DNA of 64,000 nucleotides from Octopus sinensis (lineage: Eukaryota), in assembly GCF_006345805.1 (NCBI RefSeq), contig NC_043001.1, forward strand, positions 19,220,001-19,284,000, given 5' to 3'. This document shows, piece after piece, positions 13,040 to 24,389 of the stretch (the stretch's first letter is position 1; each line of letters opens with the position of its first letter). The notes beneath the pieces were generated by a model. The model was not told where the DNA came from and did not search any database. It saw only the letters and a list, made by a program, of their open reading frames with translations. The translations under genes were made by a program, and so were the position numbers.

Positions 13040-13950
13040 TTTAGGATCAACACCACTAAAACCAACCATATGGCTGCGATATGTTGATGACACTTTTATA
13101 CTCTGGTCCCACCAGGAAGATGTCCAAGTGCTGTTGGATCATGTGAACTCAATAAAGCCATCCATACAGTTCACAATGGAAAAAGAAAAAGACAATCAGC
13201 TAGCATTCCTGAACGTATTATTAACACGCACCAAGTATGGATTCAGGACATCCGTTTACCGCAAGCCGACCTTCACTGGGCGATACCTTAACTTCGATTC
13301 ACACCATCCATACAGTGTAAAGAGAGGGATTGATCAGTGCCTAAAACATCGATCAAAGAATATAAGCAGCGATCGGGATACCTACCACAAAGAAATGATC
13401 AAGCTCAGTAACAATCTATTAAGCAACAACTACTCCCAAAAACATATTATCTACTCCAATTATGAAGAAAAGAGAGGATGAAACCAATAAACTGTCTACA
13501 GTATGTCGACCCTATGTGAAAGGCCTCTCTGAAAATATACAGAAGATATGCGGCCCATATGACACCAGGACAGTATTCAAGAGTAATATAACACTTCACA
13601 AATATCTCTTTCGAGTAAAACCACCAGTAGAAGGGAATATGACCAAAAACTGCATATACTCCATCCCATGCAGCTGTGGTAGGTTATACAAAGGCGAAAC
13701 ATGGTGCCCCCTCAAAATAGGTGTACGGGAATATCACAAAGCCGTGACACGAGGAGATATTGATCAATCGGGTATAAGCTGATCATGTATGGAAAAATGG
13801 AGACCACCTCTCCCTGTGAGATGAATTTAAAATAATAGACAGAGAACACCACTGGAAAATACGAAAACTAAAAGAAGCAGCACATATGCTAGGACACAAC
13901 GACCTCCTAAGCAGACCGAGTGCAGATATGAATAGCATAGGGGAATCAGT
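13040..13950 (+). mobile_element. Penelope-like element, RT C-terminus plus GIY-YIG endonuclease, degenerate (paralog ~48200-49110)
   Basis: WLRYVDDTF, IQFTMEKEKDNQLAFL, YRKPTFTGRYLNFDSHHP and CIYSIPCSCGRLYKGET motifs. Confidence 0.9.
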
Positions 13951-14025
13951 ATTAAGGATAGGAAATATTAGATTTATAAGCTCTAAAATTTCACTCCATT
14001 GGTTAAGAGCGCGGGCTACTACCCC

Positions 14026-14082
<57 letters not shown>

Positions 14083-14084
<2 letters not shown>

Positions 14085-14553
14085 AAAAGCCAAAACAATA
14101 AAGTTTGCTTATTGATCGACATGAGCATCCCCTGTGATCATAATATCTCAGCGAAAGAGTTTGACAAGCTCAGAAAATATAAAGACCTACTCATTGAAAT
14201 TGAGAAAATGTGGCATCTCAAGGCGGTTACAATACCAGTGATCGTAGGAGCACTAGGAATGATCAAGAAGGGAACCGAAAATTATATGAGAATGATCCCT
14301 GGCTTACCATCCCTGCAAGAAGTGCAAAAGATTGTCTTAACTGGTACATCACACGTACTGAGAAGAGCATTGTCGATGTGAGAACTGTTGCTGCTCATGC
14401 ATTTTAATTTAACTTAAAAAAAAAAAGAAAGAAAATGAACGAACTACTGAGTTTGGTTTAATGGCCTACCAATGTATACTATGAGTTTCTTTGCCCTAGG
14501 AGTCGGGAAACACTCGGCAAGAAATGGAAGCAAATTTGAAAGAAGAAAAAAAA
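14083..14553 (+). mobile_element. R4/Dong-clade non-LTR retrotransposon 3' end (RLE domain) inserted in (TAA)n (paralog ~49275-49745)
   Basis: VCLLIDMSIPCDHNISAKEFDKLRKYKDL..EIEKMW..TIPVIVGALG; (TAA)n on both sides, which is the known Dong target. Confidence 0.85.
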
Positions 14554-14740
14554 TAATAATAATAATAATGATATGATATAATACAATAATAATAATAATA
14601 ATAATAATAATATAATAATAATAATAATAAATAATAATAATAATATAATGATAATAATAGTAATAATAATATAATAATAATGATAATGATAATATCGAAA
14701 AATACCTTAGGAATGAGAAGCTAGGTTTGAAATTTCCCAA

Positions 14741-14786
14741 GACACCTGATGAAGGCTGGAGGGTATATCAGCCGAAACGTTGTGTT
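14741..14786 (+). ncRNA. Minimal type I hammerhead ribozyme (paralog 50002-50047)
   Basis: GACAC-CTGATGA-AGGCTG-loop-CAGCC-GAAACGTT-GTGTT; intact core with palindromic stem III (AACGTT). Confidence 0.75.
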
Positions 14787-15429
14787 AACAACAAACAAGA
14801 TGAGGACAAATATCCGTCAAATGTAAATAATGAAAATGATGTAAATAAAGTCCATAAGTTATTGTTATTTGCCACAGCAGATGAAAGGTTTTCTGATGGT
14901 ATTGCCGAATAGTTATTAGGTTTGATTGTTTCTCTTCGGTGGCGAGCGGGAGAGCAGATTTGAGTTCATCAGGAAGGATTTAATTGAGAGAATAACATGA
15001 GACTAGCCATGACAGCCAGTCAGCAATCCATGTGTGTAACTAAGAGGTTACGGAGGAGATAGAAGAGACAGATGGAGGAAACAGCAAGTCTACTAACCTG
15101 AGATAGTGTGGACTATTTGCGGCGCGCCATACCGATCTGTGTGTGTTTTATTGTATGTTATTGTTGTTGTTAAGCAACAAGACGGGTAAGGGTGATTAGG
15201 TGATGGTCTAGGGCTTACGGACGGGAGATCCCAGACCTTGGAAAAAACAAACTTTGGTCGTCTTGTTGTAGTCCGACACCACTGGGAGGTGGCCCTCGAA
15301 GTCGCTGGAAATGGAGATCTCCAGGACCAAATTCTTGAACGACTATTGTATGTTATGTAGTACTGTCTAGTACAAAGTATTACTCTTCCACGTAAGAGTC
15401 AAAAGAAAGCTACAATTTTATTTTTTCAG

Positions 15430-15618
15430 ATTTTACCATTTGTAATGCGAAAAAGAAGCTTCCTTTCCAAATTGATCCATGCAATTGCGCGAAATATTAT
15501 AACGCTGGTACTTATATGGATTGTGGAGCTGGTACAATTGCGATAAATGGAGGCTGTGGACGTGATGATAAACCATGTCAGAGTAAACCTTGGCTTCGAT
15601 GCGGCATCAATATTCCAT
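15430..15618 (+). CDS. Receptor gene A, Cys-rich CBM14/peritrophin-A-like ectodomain exon (189 bp, phase 1-1)
   Basis: ttttttcag|AT TTT...CCA T|gtaagt. Reads FTICNAKKKLPFQIDPCNCAKYYNAGTYMDCGAGTIAINGGCGRDDKPCQSKPWLRCGINIP with no stop. Confidence 0.85.
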
Positions 15619-15770
15619 GTAAGTTATGCAATCTGTAACATTACATGAATTACACAACTACTTATTAATCCAATACTCAATCGTAAGTAACGCATGCGCA
15701 CACCACTATACACATAATTCTCTCTCTCTCTTTCTTCTCTCCCTCTCGCTCTCCTCTCTCTCTCTCTCTC

Positions 15771-15808
<38 letters not shown>

Positions 15809-15832
15809 GATAGATAGATAGATAAGATAGAT

Positions 15833-15876
<44 letters not shown>

Positions 15877-16157
15877 TGTATTATATATAATATAATTATT
15901 ATTTGAGGGAATAAAATCCAAACTTACAAGGAAAAAGAATTCAATTTAGAAATACTAAATCAAATTCCACACAATATAATATATATAAAATATTAGAAAA
16001 AAACACCTTTTATCAATTCAAAATGAATAATTAAATTACACCATCTAGAAAGTTACATATAATTGAAAAGTTAAAATTTAAAATAATTAAAATAACAATT
16101 AAAAAGTAAAAATTAAGTAAATTACAAGAATAATGTAATGTATATAATAGGTAGAAA

Positions 16158-16244
16158 AACGACACGCGTTTCGCTGCTATATTTAAGAAATGATTATAGT
16201 AGTAGAGAAATCACTTGCATATAAATATAGTCGCCCATCAGATT
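16158..16244 (-). ncRNA. Degenerate hammerhead in an AT-rich pLTR-like repeat (paralog 51435-51521)
   Basis: CTGATGG in A and CCGATGA in B (consensus CTGATGA), long stem II GCGACTATATTTA/TAAATATAGCAGC, then GAAACGCGTGTC. Confidence 0.45.
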
Positions 16245-16699
16245 AAGATATAATAGAACAGTAAAATAATAATTTAATAAATATACTTTAATATATACAT
16301 ATATATACACATATATATAAATATATATATGTATATGAAAATTCTAAATATATATAATTGAAAAATAAAATGATAATTCAATAATTAAATACTTTAAAAT
16401 TAAATAAAAAACACAAAGCTATAAAAAGTCATTAAATTGTAATCATAATAAGAAATGTTTCAAATATAGATAAATTCCTCACATAAGCTAACCATATAAT
16501 AAATATACATGTGTAGTATCTATGGATTTAATATTACAAACTATGACAAAATAGACTAAATATCAAATAATATAATACCTAATTAACTTCAATCTAGTAT
16601 TACAATTACATAATCCACCTATATATAATATATATATATATAATATATTATTGTCTCTACTAGAGCCTTAACTAAAGCTCTTTCTATTTTATTTCTAGT

Positions 16700-17460
16700 A
16701 CTAGTTAATTCCGTACCAAATCTGATTGACTCAAATTTAATGGCTCTTTTGAGGGCATACCACCATTTATTATTAATAATGGAACTGGTTAATGCCCATA
16801 CTATCTAGGTCAAATCTACAGGTCACAAATTTGGGATCACTGTTGTTGACAATATGATATTGTGGACAACTAACTATATTTTTACCATTAGTCCTAACAA
16901 TAATCCTGTCTAGATAAGATCTCGACGAACCATCGTTATTTTGCCCATATCCACAATGGAGCATCGGGTGATCCAGTCTGAATCGCTCTGTCAGCTGAAA
17001 ACGACTTAGCAAACCGCTAAGGCAAGGGATCTCCCCCAACCATCCGGGTTCGAGCCAACACGATCTACGCATGCATCGTAGAATGTGTTAAATTCACCTA
17101 ATAACACTAAAGTGTGGCGCGTTCCTTGAAAAATTCTCTAGGCTTCAAAAATAGTCAGACTGACCAGCTCACAGGGAACGTAGACAGCACCAAACTAAGG
17201 CCTTACCACTTTGTGTGTGTCACACTAAGGCGACCACCAACCTGCCCTCCGGACCTACAAAGATAGTCTTACCTCAAAATCCTGGTTTTTCCGAGTAGAA
17301 CTGCAACTCCTGTTTTTTAATATTCCTCCAAAGAGCTGAAGGACCTACACAATAAGTAGATGTAGGTGTTTTCAAATCAAAAACACCTCTCTCCTGTCAA
17401 GAGTCCCAGATGAACCACCTCGCTGCAAGTGGTGCAAATGAGGATAGTGACATCAAACTC
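16700..17460 (-). mobile_element. L1/Tx1-clade APE endonuclease fragment (paralog ~52090-52820)
   Basis: EGRLVVA, VLLIGEFN, LWVWANNDGSSRSYLDRIIV, SDHKFV (copy B) and WWYALKRAIK motifs. Confidence 0.75.
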
Positions 17461-17711
17461 CCTTATTCACCAAATGCCACATATTAGAGAAGGCCCTGAA
17501 TAAAAACAGCGTAGCAAAACAGCGGTGCCCCTGCATGACTGCAGCTCTGAGCTGAAACAACAAAAAAGCAAAAAAACATTTATATATATATATATATATA
17601 TAGGTGTATGTGTGTGTGCATGTGTGTGTGTGTGTATACACACACATATATATATACATATACATATATATACACATGTATATATATATATGCATAACAC
17701 ACATACACACA

Positions 17712-17761
<50 letters not shown>

Positions 17762-18169
17762 AATTATACATATAAATATATTATAAATTTAGAAATACTA
17801 ATTCAAATTTCACAAAATGTAATATATATATATAAATTAGAAAAAAAAACACCTTTTATCAATTCAATAATGAAAAATTAAATTATACCATTTAGAAAAA
17901 TAACATATTATAGAAAGATTAAATATAAGATAAAAAATATAACAATGATTACTTAATCATCGTAATATGTTTTATCTTTATTTTAATCTTTCTATAATAT
18001 GTTATTTTTCTAAATGAGTATAATTTAATTTTTCATTATTGAATTGATAAAAGGTGTTTTTATTTCTAATTTATGTGTATATATATATATATTATATATT
18101 ATATATATTTATATATATATATATTATATATATATTATTATATATATAATATATATATATATACATATA

Positions 18170-18253
<84 letters not shown>

Positions 18254-18301
18254 AATTAAATTGACAGAATAAGAGAAAAAATCATATTTCATGTCTTCTC
18301 T

Positions 18302-19857
18302 ATAAGTTTTTATCAAAGTTGTTTTATATTCTATAATTTTCACGGTCAATATATATTAATTGTTATTGTCTGAGATTTTGGTGTAATTTGAGAGGATAAT
18401 ACAAAAGTTATGGATGATTTAGTGATTTACTGCAAAGCCCATGGCGGCCAAAATTATCAGAACGGTGGCTTTTACTCCGTGTTTTAGTATATTTAACCGA
18501 TGAACTTTAATGTTTTGAATTTGTTTACGTGATGGTTCGTTTGCTAAACATTAGTAAGAATATCTGCAGTGTACTTTGTTAATATAATGCCACTTACTCC
18601 GTTACCAATTCGTCAGCATATTATTAAGCTTCGAAAGAAGGATAATTTAAGTATTGGGTCTATTGCAAAGATTGTTAACAAGTCAAAAAGTGTTGTTCAC
18701 GGTATTCTTAAGGTCTTCGATGATTGGGTAGGGGGTGAAGCAAAAAAGTCTACAGGTAGGCAAGAAAAACGACCAAGAGAGAAGATCGTGCTATGGTAAA
18801 GTTGGTTAAAAAGGACAGATTTAAAACTGCTGCTGCTGTTTCTCGGGAAATGAGCATTGTACTGAAGAAAACGTTATCTCGAAAATCTGTGCCTCATCGT
18901 TTAGTTGAACGTAACCTACAAGCAAGATCACCTGTAGTGAAGCCACTGATCAGCTCCAAAAATAAAAAGTGTCGTCTTACCTTTGCAACCGAACATGTGT
19001 TGTGGCCGCAAGAAAAATGGCAAACGGTGCATTTCAGTGATGAATCTAAGTTTATGTTATTTAACTCAGATGGGAAAGTAGGTGAAAAATTGTCGCCTAA
19101 ATGCCTTAAGACTAGTGTTAAATTCGGTGGAGGAAGTGTCATGGTTTGGGAGATGATATCTGGAGATGGTGTGGGCTCATTGGTGCGATAACACGGAAAG
19201 GTAAATGCAGGAGTTTATAAACAACTTCTAAAAGATCATGTCTTGCCTGTGCTGAGAAATTCAACTAAGCGACCACCCATATTCAAGCAGGACAATGCCC
19301 CGTGTCACAAGGCTAAGGTGGTCATGAACTTCCTCAAGGCTGAAAAGGTTATTATTATGGATTGGCCTACTGAAAGCCCAGATCTCAATCCTATTGAAAA
19401 TGTGTGGAATTTTCTAAGAGAACGTTCGAAAGCCAGAAATCCTAAAACAACCGAGCAATTATGGAATGCCCTTCAGGAAGAATGGAATAAGATCACCTAG
19501 CAAGAAATTGAAAATTTAATTTCCTCATGCAGTCAAAGATGTCAAAGTGTGATTGAAGCTAAAGGGCTTCACACTAAATATTAAATAATTCCAGTATTCT
19601 CTGTCATTTTTTATTATTTTGTAATTTTTTTAACCGTTCTGATCATTTTGGCCGCCATGGGTTTTGCAGTAAATCACTAAATCATCCATAACTTTTTTAT
19701 TATCCTCTCAAATTACACTAAAATCTCAGACAACAACAACTAATATTGTATTTATTGTCCGTGAAAATTATAGAACAGAAAATAACTTTGATAAAAACTT
19801 ATACCTACTTTTCTGGCGAAAACAATGCCGTTCTGAACATTTTGGTCGCGACTGTAT
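18302..19857 (+). mobile_element. Tc1 (DD34E) IR/DR-type transposon, left TIR truncated; found in copy A only
   Basis: Transposase 18587-19584 is frameshifted: HFSDESKF, KFGGGSVMVW, FKQDNAPCH, SPDLNPIENVW. The ~220-bp right TIR has two direct repeats and ends CTGTA-TA. Confidence 0.92.
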
Positions 19858-20439
19858 ATATTATATTTTGTGAAATTTGATTTAGTATTTCTAAATTGAA
19901 ATTTTCCCTGTAACTTTGGAATAATATTCCCTCATATTATATATATAGGTATATACACACACACATATATATATATGTATGTACGTATGTATGTGTGTGT
20001 GTGTGTATGTATGTATATGTATGTATATGTATGTATGTATGTATGTATGTATGCATGCATGTATGTATGTATGTATGTATGTATGTATGTATGTATGTAT
20101 GTATGTATGTATGTATGTATACAAGGTTAGTAGAGTTAGCGGTAGGAATAACCATCTAAGTGATAAGAATATCCCTTTTACTGCCGGTATAAATTACTTA
20201 TGTTATTTAATATGCTGCTTAATATATATAATGTTAATTTAAGGGTTAACATTTAACTGTAAATACGTTGCAACTGCTGCGACAATTATTAACTCGTAAC
20301 TGAACAGTGAATGTGTAAAATACGATGGTCTTAGTGTTATCACATTAGAATTAAAAGTGATAGAATAAAAGTGAAATAATATTATAGTTTTATCACAGGT
20401 AAGGAATAAAACTAATGTGATAAGACTATAATATTATAG

Positions 20440-20870
20440 TCTTATAACAGGTAGAAATAAAAGTAATAAAAGTCATTATTGTGAATTGTTAAAGAGATTC
20501 AAAAGCATACCGGTTTCGTGAATTTACTAATCATTACTTTGAATGCACACCGATTAATGAACGGTGCCTGGCCTACTAGTTCCTGAGTAAAACGATTATG
20601 TGTAAGAGAGGTAAGTTCTGGATTTGGTGCAATTAGGGTAGATATAGATCTGTAATGTGAATGGTGTATGGGATGTATGGGGGTTAGTGGTATTAATTGA
20701 AAGGTTAGTAGTGTTCTGTATTATGTCATGTGTTCACATTAAGTTGTGGAAGAAACATTGTTGATGAAAGTTGCCTCTTTATTCATTCTTTGTTGTACTG
20801 AGGTGTTCTGTGAACATTGATAAAGGGGGAAAATTAGGAAATTAGGATTAAGATTCCTAGCACACCTTTC
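20440..20870 (-). mobile_element. Penelope endonuclease C-terminus plus pLTR with a decayed hammerhead (20505-20546)
   Basis: CARNLNPNFLIFPLYQCSQNTSVQQRMNKEATFIN resembles the C-terminus of the 34694-35173 ORF; GCA..TTCAC-GAAACCGGTA-TGC. Confidence 0.65.
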
Positions 20871-21221
20871 TATGTGTTCACCTACCTGTATCTATCTAAC
20901 AAGTTGCTATTGCTATATATTATATTACCACAGCTATATCTACATTGGTGACAGGGTGCATTATTCTGATATTTTTTTAATAAAGCATACTTCTATATCA
21001 GTGCTTTTCAAACTTTTTGCTGGAGCGGAACCCCAAGGAAACATTCCACTGGCTCGAGGAACCCCTGTGCAATAATTTAAATAGTCTTATGAACACATAT
21101 CTGCACAGGAGAATTAAAAATTACTGCCGACTTTAGCAGTTTTGTAGCTTCTTGCGGATCCCCTGAACTGTACCGGCGGAACCCTGGTTGAAAACCACTG
21201 TTCTATATATTCCATAAACCG

Positions 21222-21400
21222 GCATGGCTGTGTGGTAAGTAGCTTGCTTACTAACCATATGGTTCCGGTTTCAGTCCCACTGTATGGCACCTTGGGCAAG
21301 TGTCTTCTACTATAGCCTCGGGCCAACCAAAGCCTTGTGAGTGGATTTGGTAGATGGAAACTGAAAGAAGCCTGTCATATATATGTGTGTGTGAGTGTGT
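21222..21400 (+). mobile_element. SINE family A head
   Basis: Matches the family-A consensus. Confidence 0.8.
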
Positions 21401-21414
21401 GTGTGTGCGTGTGT

Positions 21415-21455
<41 letters not shown>

Positions 21456-21475
21456 TGCGTGTGTGTGTGTGTATG

Positions 21476-21514
<39 letters not shown>

Positions 21515-21604
21515 AGATTCAGATGAATTTGGTATTTAAGTTGAGGCACCAGAATTTAGTACGGTATTATTCATACAATTTCAAAATAAGATTATTAAAA
21601 TCAA

Positions 21605-21978
21605 AATAAGCAACAAGGGTATCCAGATTTAATGCAGTACGATGGTTTCAAGCAACTCTATTTAATTGAACAATGCAATCATTACATCAATTTAAATGCT
21701 GAGCAATCTTCAGCTGCACAAAGACATAGAATTAAATTAAAACAGCTTAGAAGCTGAAGTGAAGACAGTATGTTCTTTGTCTATCTCCATACCTTCTTAG
21801 AGGTTTTAGTTAAAGTTATATTAATGTGTCCATCTGTTTTAATTTAATTTAATTCTATGTCTTTATGCAGCTGAAGATTGCTCTGCATTTAAATTGATGT
21901 AATGATTGCATTGTTTAATTAAATGGAGTTGCTTGAAACGATCGTACTGCATTACCTCTGGATATCTTTGTTGCTTAT
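21605..21978. repeat. Fold-back element with a hammerhead-like motif in each arm (21632-21719 minus, 21865-21952 plus)
   Basis: Arms of ~140 bp around a ~90-bp spacer. ATGCAG-CTGAAGA..GAAAC-GATC-GTA-CTGCAT; the base of stem II has U-U mismatches. Confidence 0.75.
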
Positions 21979-21982
21979 TTTG

Positions 21983-22028
<46 letters not shown>

Positions 22029-22260
22029 ATGTCCCCCCAACATAACTTGACATCCGATGTTAGTGTGTTTACAGGCCCGTAACTTAGAGGATCGGCAAAA
22101 GAGACCGATAGGATAAGTATTAGGCTTACAAAGAATAAGTCCTGGGGTCGATTTGTTCGACAAAAGGCGGTGCTCCTGCATGGCCACGGTCAGATGACTG
22201 GAACAAATAACGAATAAAAGAATACTAATTAGCCTCTATTTAATTTTTTTTTTCTCACAG

Positions 22261-22528
22261 TTAATGACACTCAATGCCGTGAGATCTGGCCCGAAGATTT
22301 TAAATTTTGGAAGTGGGATAAAATACAAACATTTTTAGATACCCATTCGGAAAAGGAGTCAACAACAACCACTACTCTAACACCAGAAACCACTACTCTA
22401 ACACCAGAAACCACTACTCTAACACCAGAAACCACTACTCTAACACTGGTTGCTTCTTTGGCCACTTTTTTGGTATTAGCGATCATATTTATTCTCTTCT
22501 TAATTTTATGGATATCATTTAGACGAAA
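22261..22528 (+). CDS. Receptor gene A, stalk plus transmembrane exon (268 bp, phase 1-2)
   Basis: ttttttttctcacag|TT AAT..CGA AA|gtaagt. Reads NDTQCREIWPEDFKFWKWDKIQTFLDTHSEKESTTTTTL(TPETTTL)3T-LVASLATFLVLAIIFILFLILWISF-RRK. Confidence 0.9.
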
Positions 22529-23379
22529 GTAAGTAAAGTTTCTGTTCCGACCCCTGTTGTACTCTTTCGCCCAAACTTTCTCTCAGTGTTTCTTCCTGTT
22601 TCTTGAGCAACGCTGCGATGGACTGGCGTCCCGTCCAGCGGGGCGAGGGGGGGACACACATACGCCATAGAAAGCGGGAAACCGGGCCCATCAGCCTGGC
22701 TAGGCTTGAAAAGGGCGAGTACAAAATACAAAGAAAATAACAGTATTAATAAAGATAATTTCTAACAGGGACACAGGGTAGAAATTTTAGGGCTGGATTA
22801 GAAGTGGATACAGTTGTTTAAGTAGAGTAAGATTTAGAGTCCCCAGAACAAAATAAATACAAACCATATCTCAGAGAGATTTGAATACAAAGCGTAAAGA
22901 AACGTAACTAAATTGTGTTGCTTTATTCGTTCAGTCAAAAAATCTATCTCTTATCCGTAATTCTTGTTTGAAGTTGTCTACTCCAGCAGTTTGCTGTTGG
23001 TTTACTCCAGAGACACAAGCATTATGAGTTAACAAAACACTCGTTAATTTACAGTACTTCTACTCTACAACAACCAATTTTAAAAAATCCATGAAAGCTA
23101 TTTATAGTGGACTGTAACCGCCAGAAGTAAGTGTTTTCGTTATAAATACCACACACATAACAACATAGGTGTTGCCAGCCTTTCGCCTAATAATCCCGTT
23201 GGGATCCTCATTCACACTGGTTTAATATTTAAAATATTTTTCTGAAAGAAGAACTGGGTGGTGTTTGGAATCTAAACGTAAATGAACGTACCTAAATCCC
23301 TCAAAATATGTTAGCCGATGCCTTACAGATCTTGTCGTTCACGTACCACTTAATGATATTTATTTGGTATTTCCTCCAG

Positions 23380-23473
23380 ACGAAACTCAACTCCAGATGA
23401 TAAATTCGCCAGTTCAAATGTTCAAAATGTAAATGAGAATAATCATCCGAATGAAGAAATCTATGAAAATACG
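23380..23473 (+). CDS. Receptor gene A, cytoplasmic exon 1 (94 bp, phase 2-0)
   Basis: tttcctccag|A CGA..ACG|gttagt. Reads RNSTPDDKFASSNVQNVNENNHPNEEIYENT. Confidence 0.8.
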
Positions 23474-24013
23474 GTTAGTACTTACTCTCTTCCTCTCTCT
23501 AATGTGTGTAAGACTCTATTATCTGTTTCAGGTGGCAGGGGTTAGTTTGAAGAACGTTTAGTTACCAAAATGACCAGACGGAACTTCACTTTAAACAATT
23601 GGCCTGTTTTATATTTCGTTTGGTGAGGTTTGTGTGAGATTGCCAGTGGTGGTATTGAATTTATTGTTGTTGTTGCTGTTCCAGGTCTGTCCAACTGGAG
23701 AAAATCTATAAACAAATGCATTCCAGTAGAGAACATCATATCTTTTGAAAGATAGTGCGTGTAAGACTCTATGATCTGTTTCAGGTGGTAGGGTGTAGTT
23801 TGAAGAACGTTTAGTTACCAAAATGATCAGACGGAACTTCACTTTAAACAATTGGCCCCTGTTTTATTACATCGAAAAAATAAAATACAATGTAGACTTA
23901 GGTGGGATTTGAACTCAAAACGTAAGGAGATATAACAAAATACTATAAGGTGACCGATTCTACCATCCACTCATTCACACGGGTTTATATATTTTATTTT
24001 TATTTCATTACAG

Positions 24014-24166
24014 ACAACTACTTCCTTCTGCAATAGTAGTATAGCGAATAAAAACACTTCAACAACAACAAACCCAAGAAACATCAGTGAGAAAACATAT
24101 GAAAACCTAGAAGAAGAGTCTTCTCCAAGATATGATAACTGGCGTTTAACGAACTGGAAATTGTGA
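24014..24166 (+). CDS. Receptor gene A, terminal exon with a broken ITAM
   Basis: tttcattacag|ACA. Reads TTTSFCNSSIANKNTSTTTNPRNISEKTYENLEEESSPRYDNWRLTNWKL*. Confidence 0.75.
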   Translation, partial: TTTSFCNSSIANKNTSTTTNPRNISEKTYENLEEESSPRYDNWRLTNWKL

Positions 24167-24389
24167 ACAATGAGAACAGAAATAACTCTTAATCACGTCG
24201 TTGAAAAATAAAATCTACTGGTGATAACGATACGTTTTATAACTTAATAATTAATCAAAATCTGTTACTAGTAACAATCTGTTACTGTTCGATAACCAAA
24301 ACCTATCGATAGATGATAACAATGTCTTGATGGTTTTCAATATAATATATCACGTGATACCATTATTGGAGTTATCTCACTTCCTTTTT

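Noticed and set aside
22271-22486. Minus-strand ORF with VRVVVSG repeats
   Set aside because: Antisense of the real stalk/TM exon.
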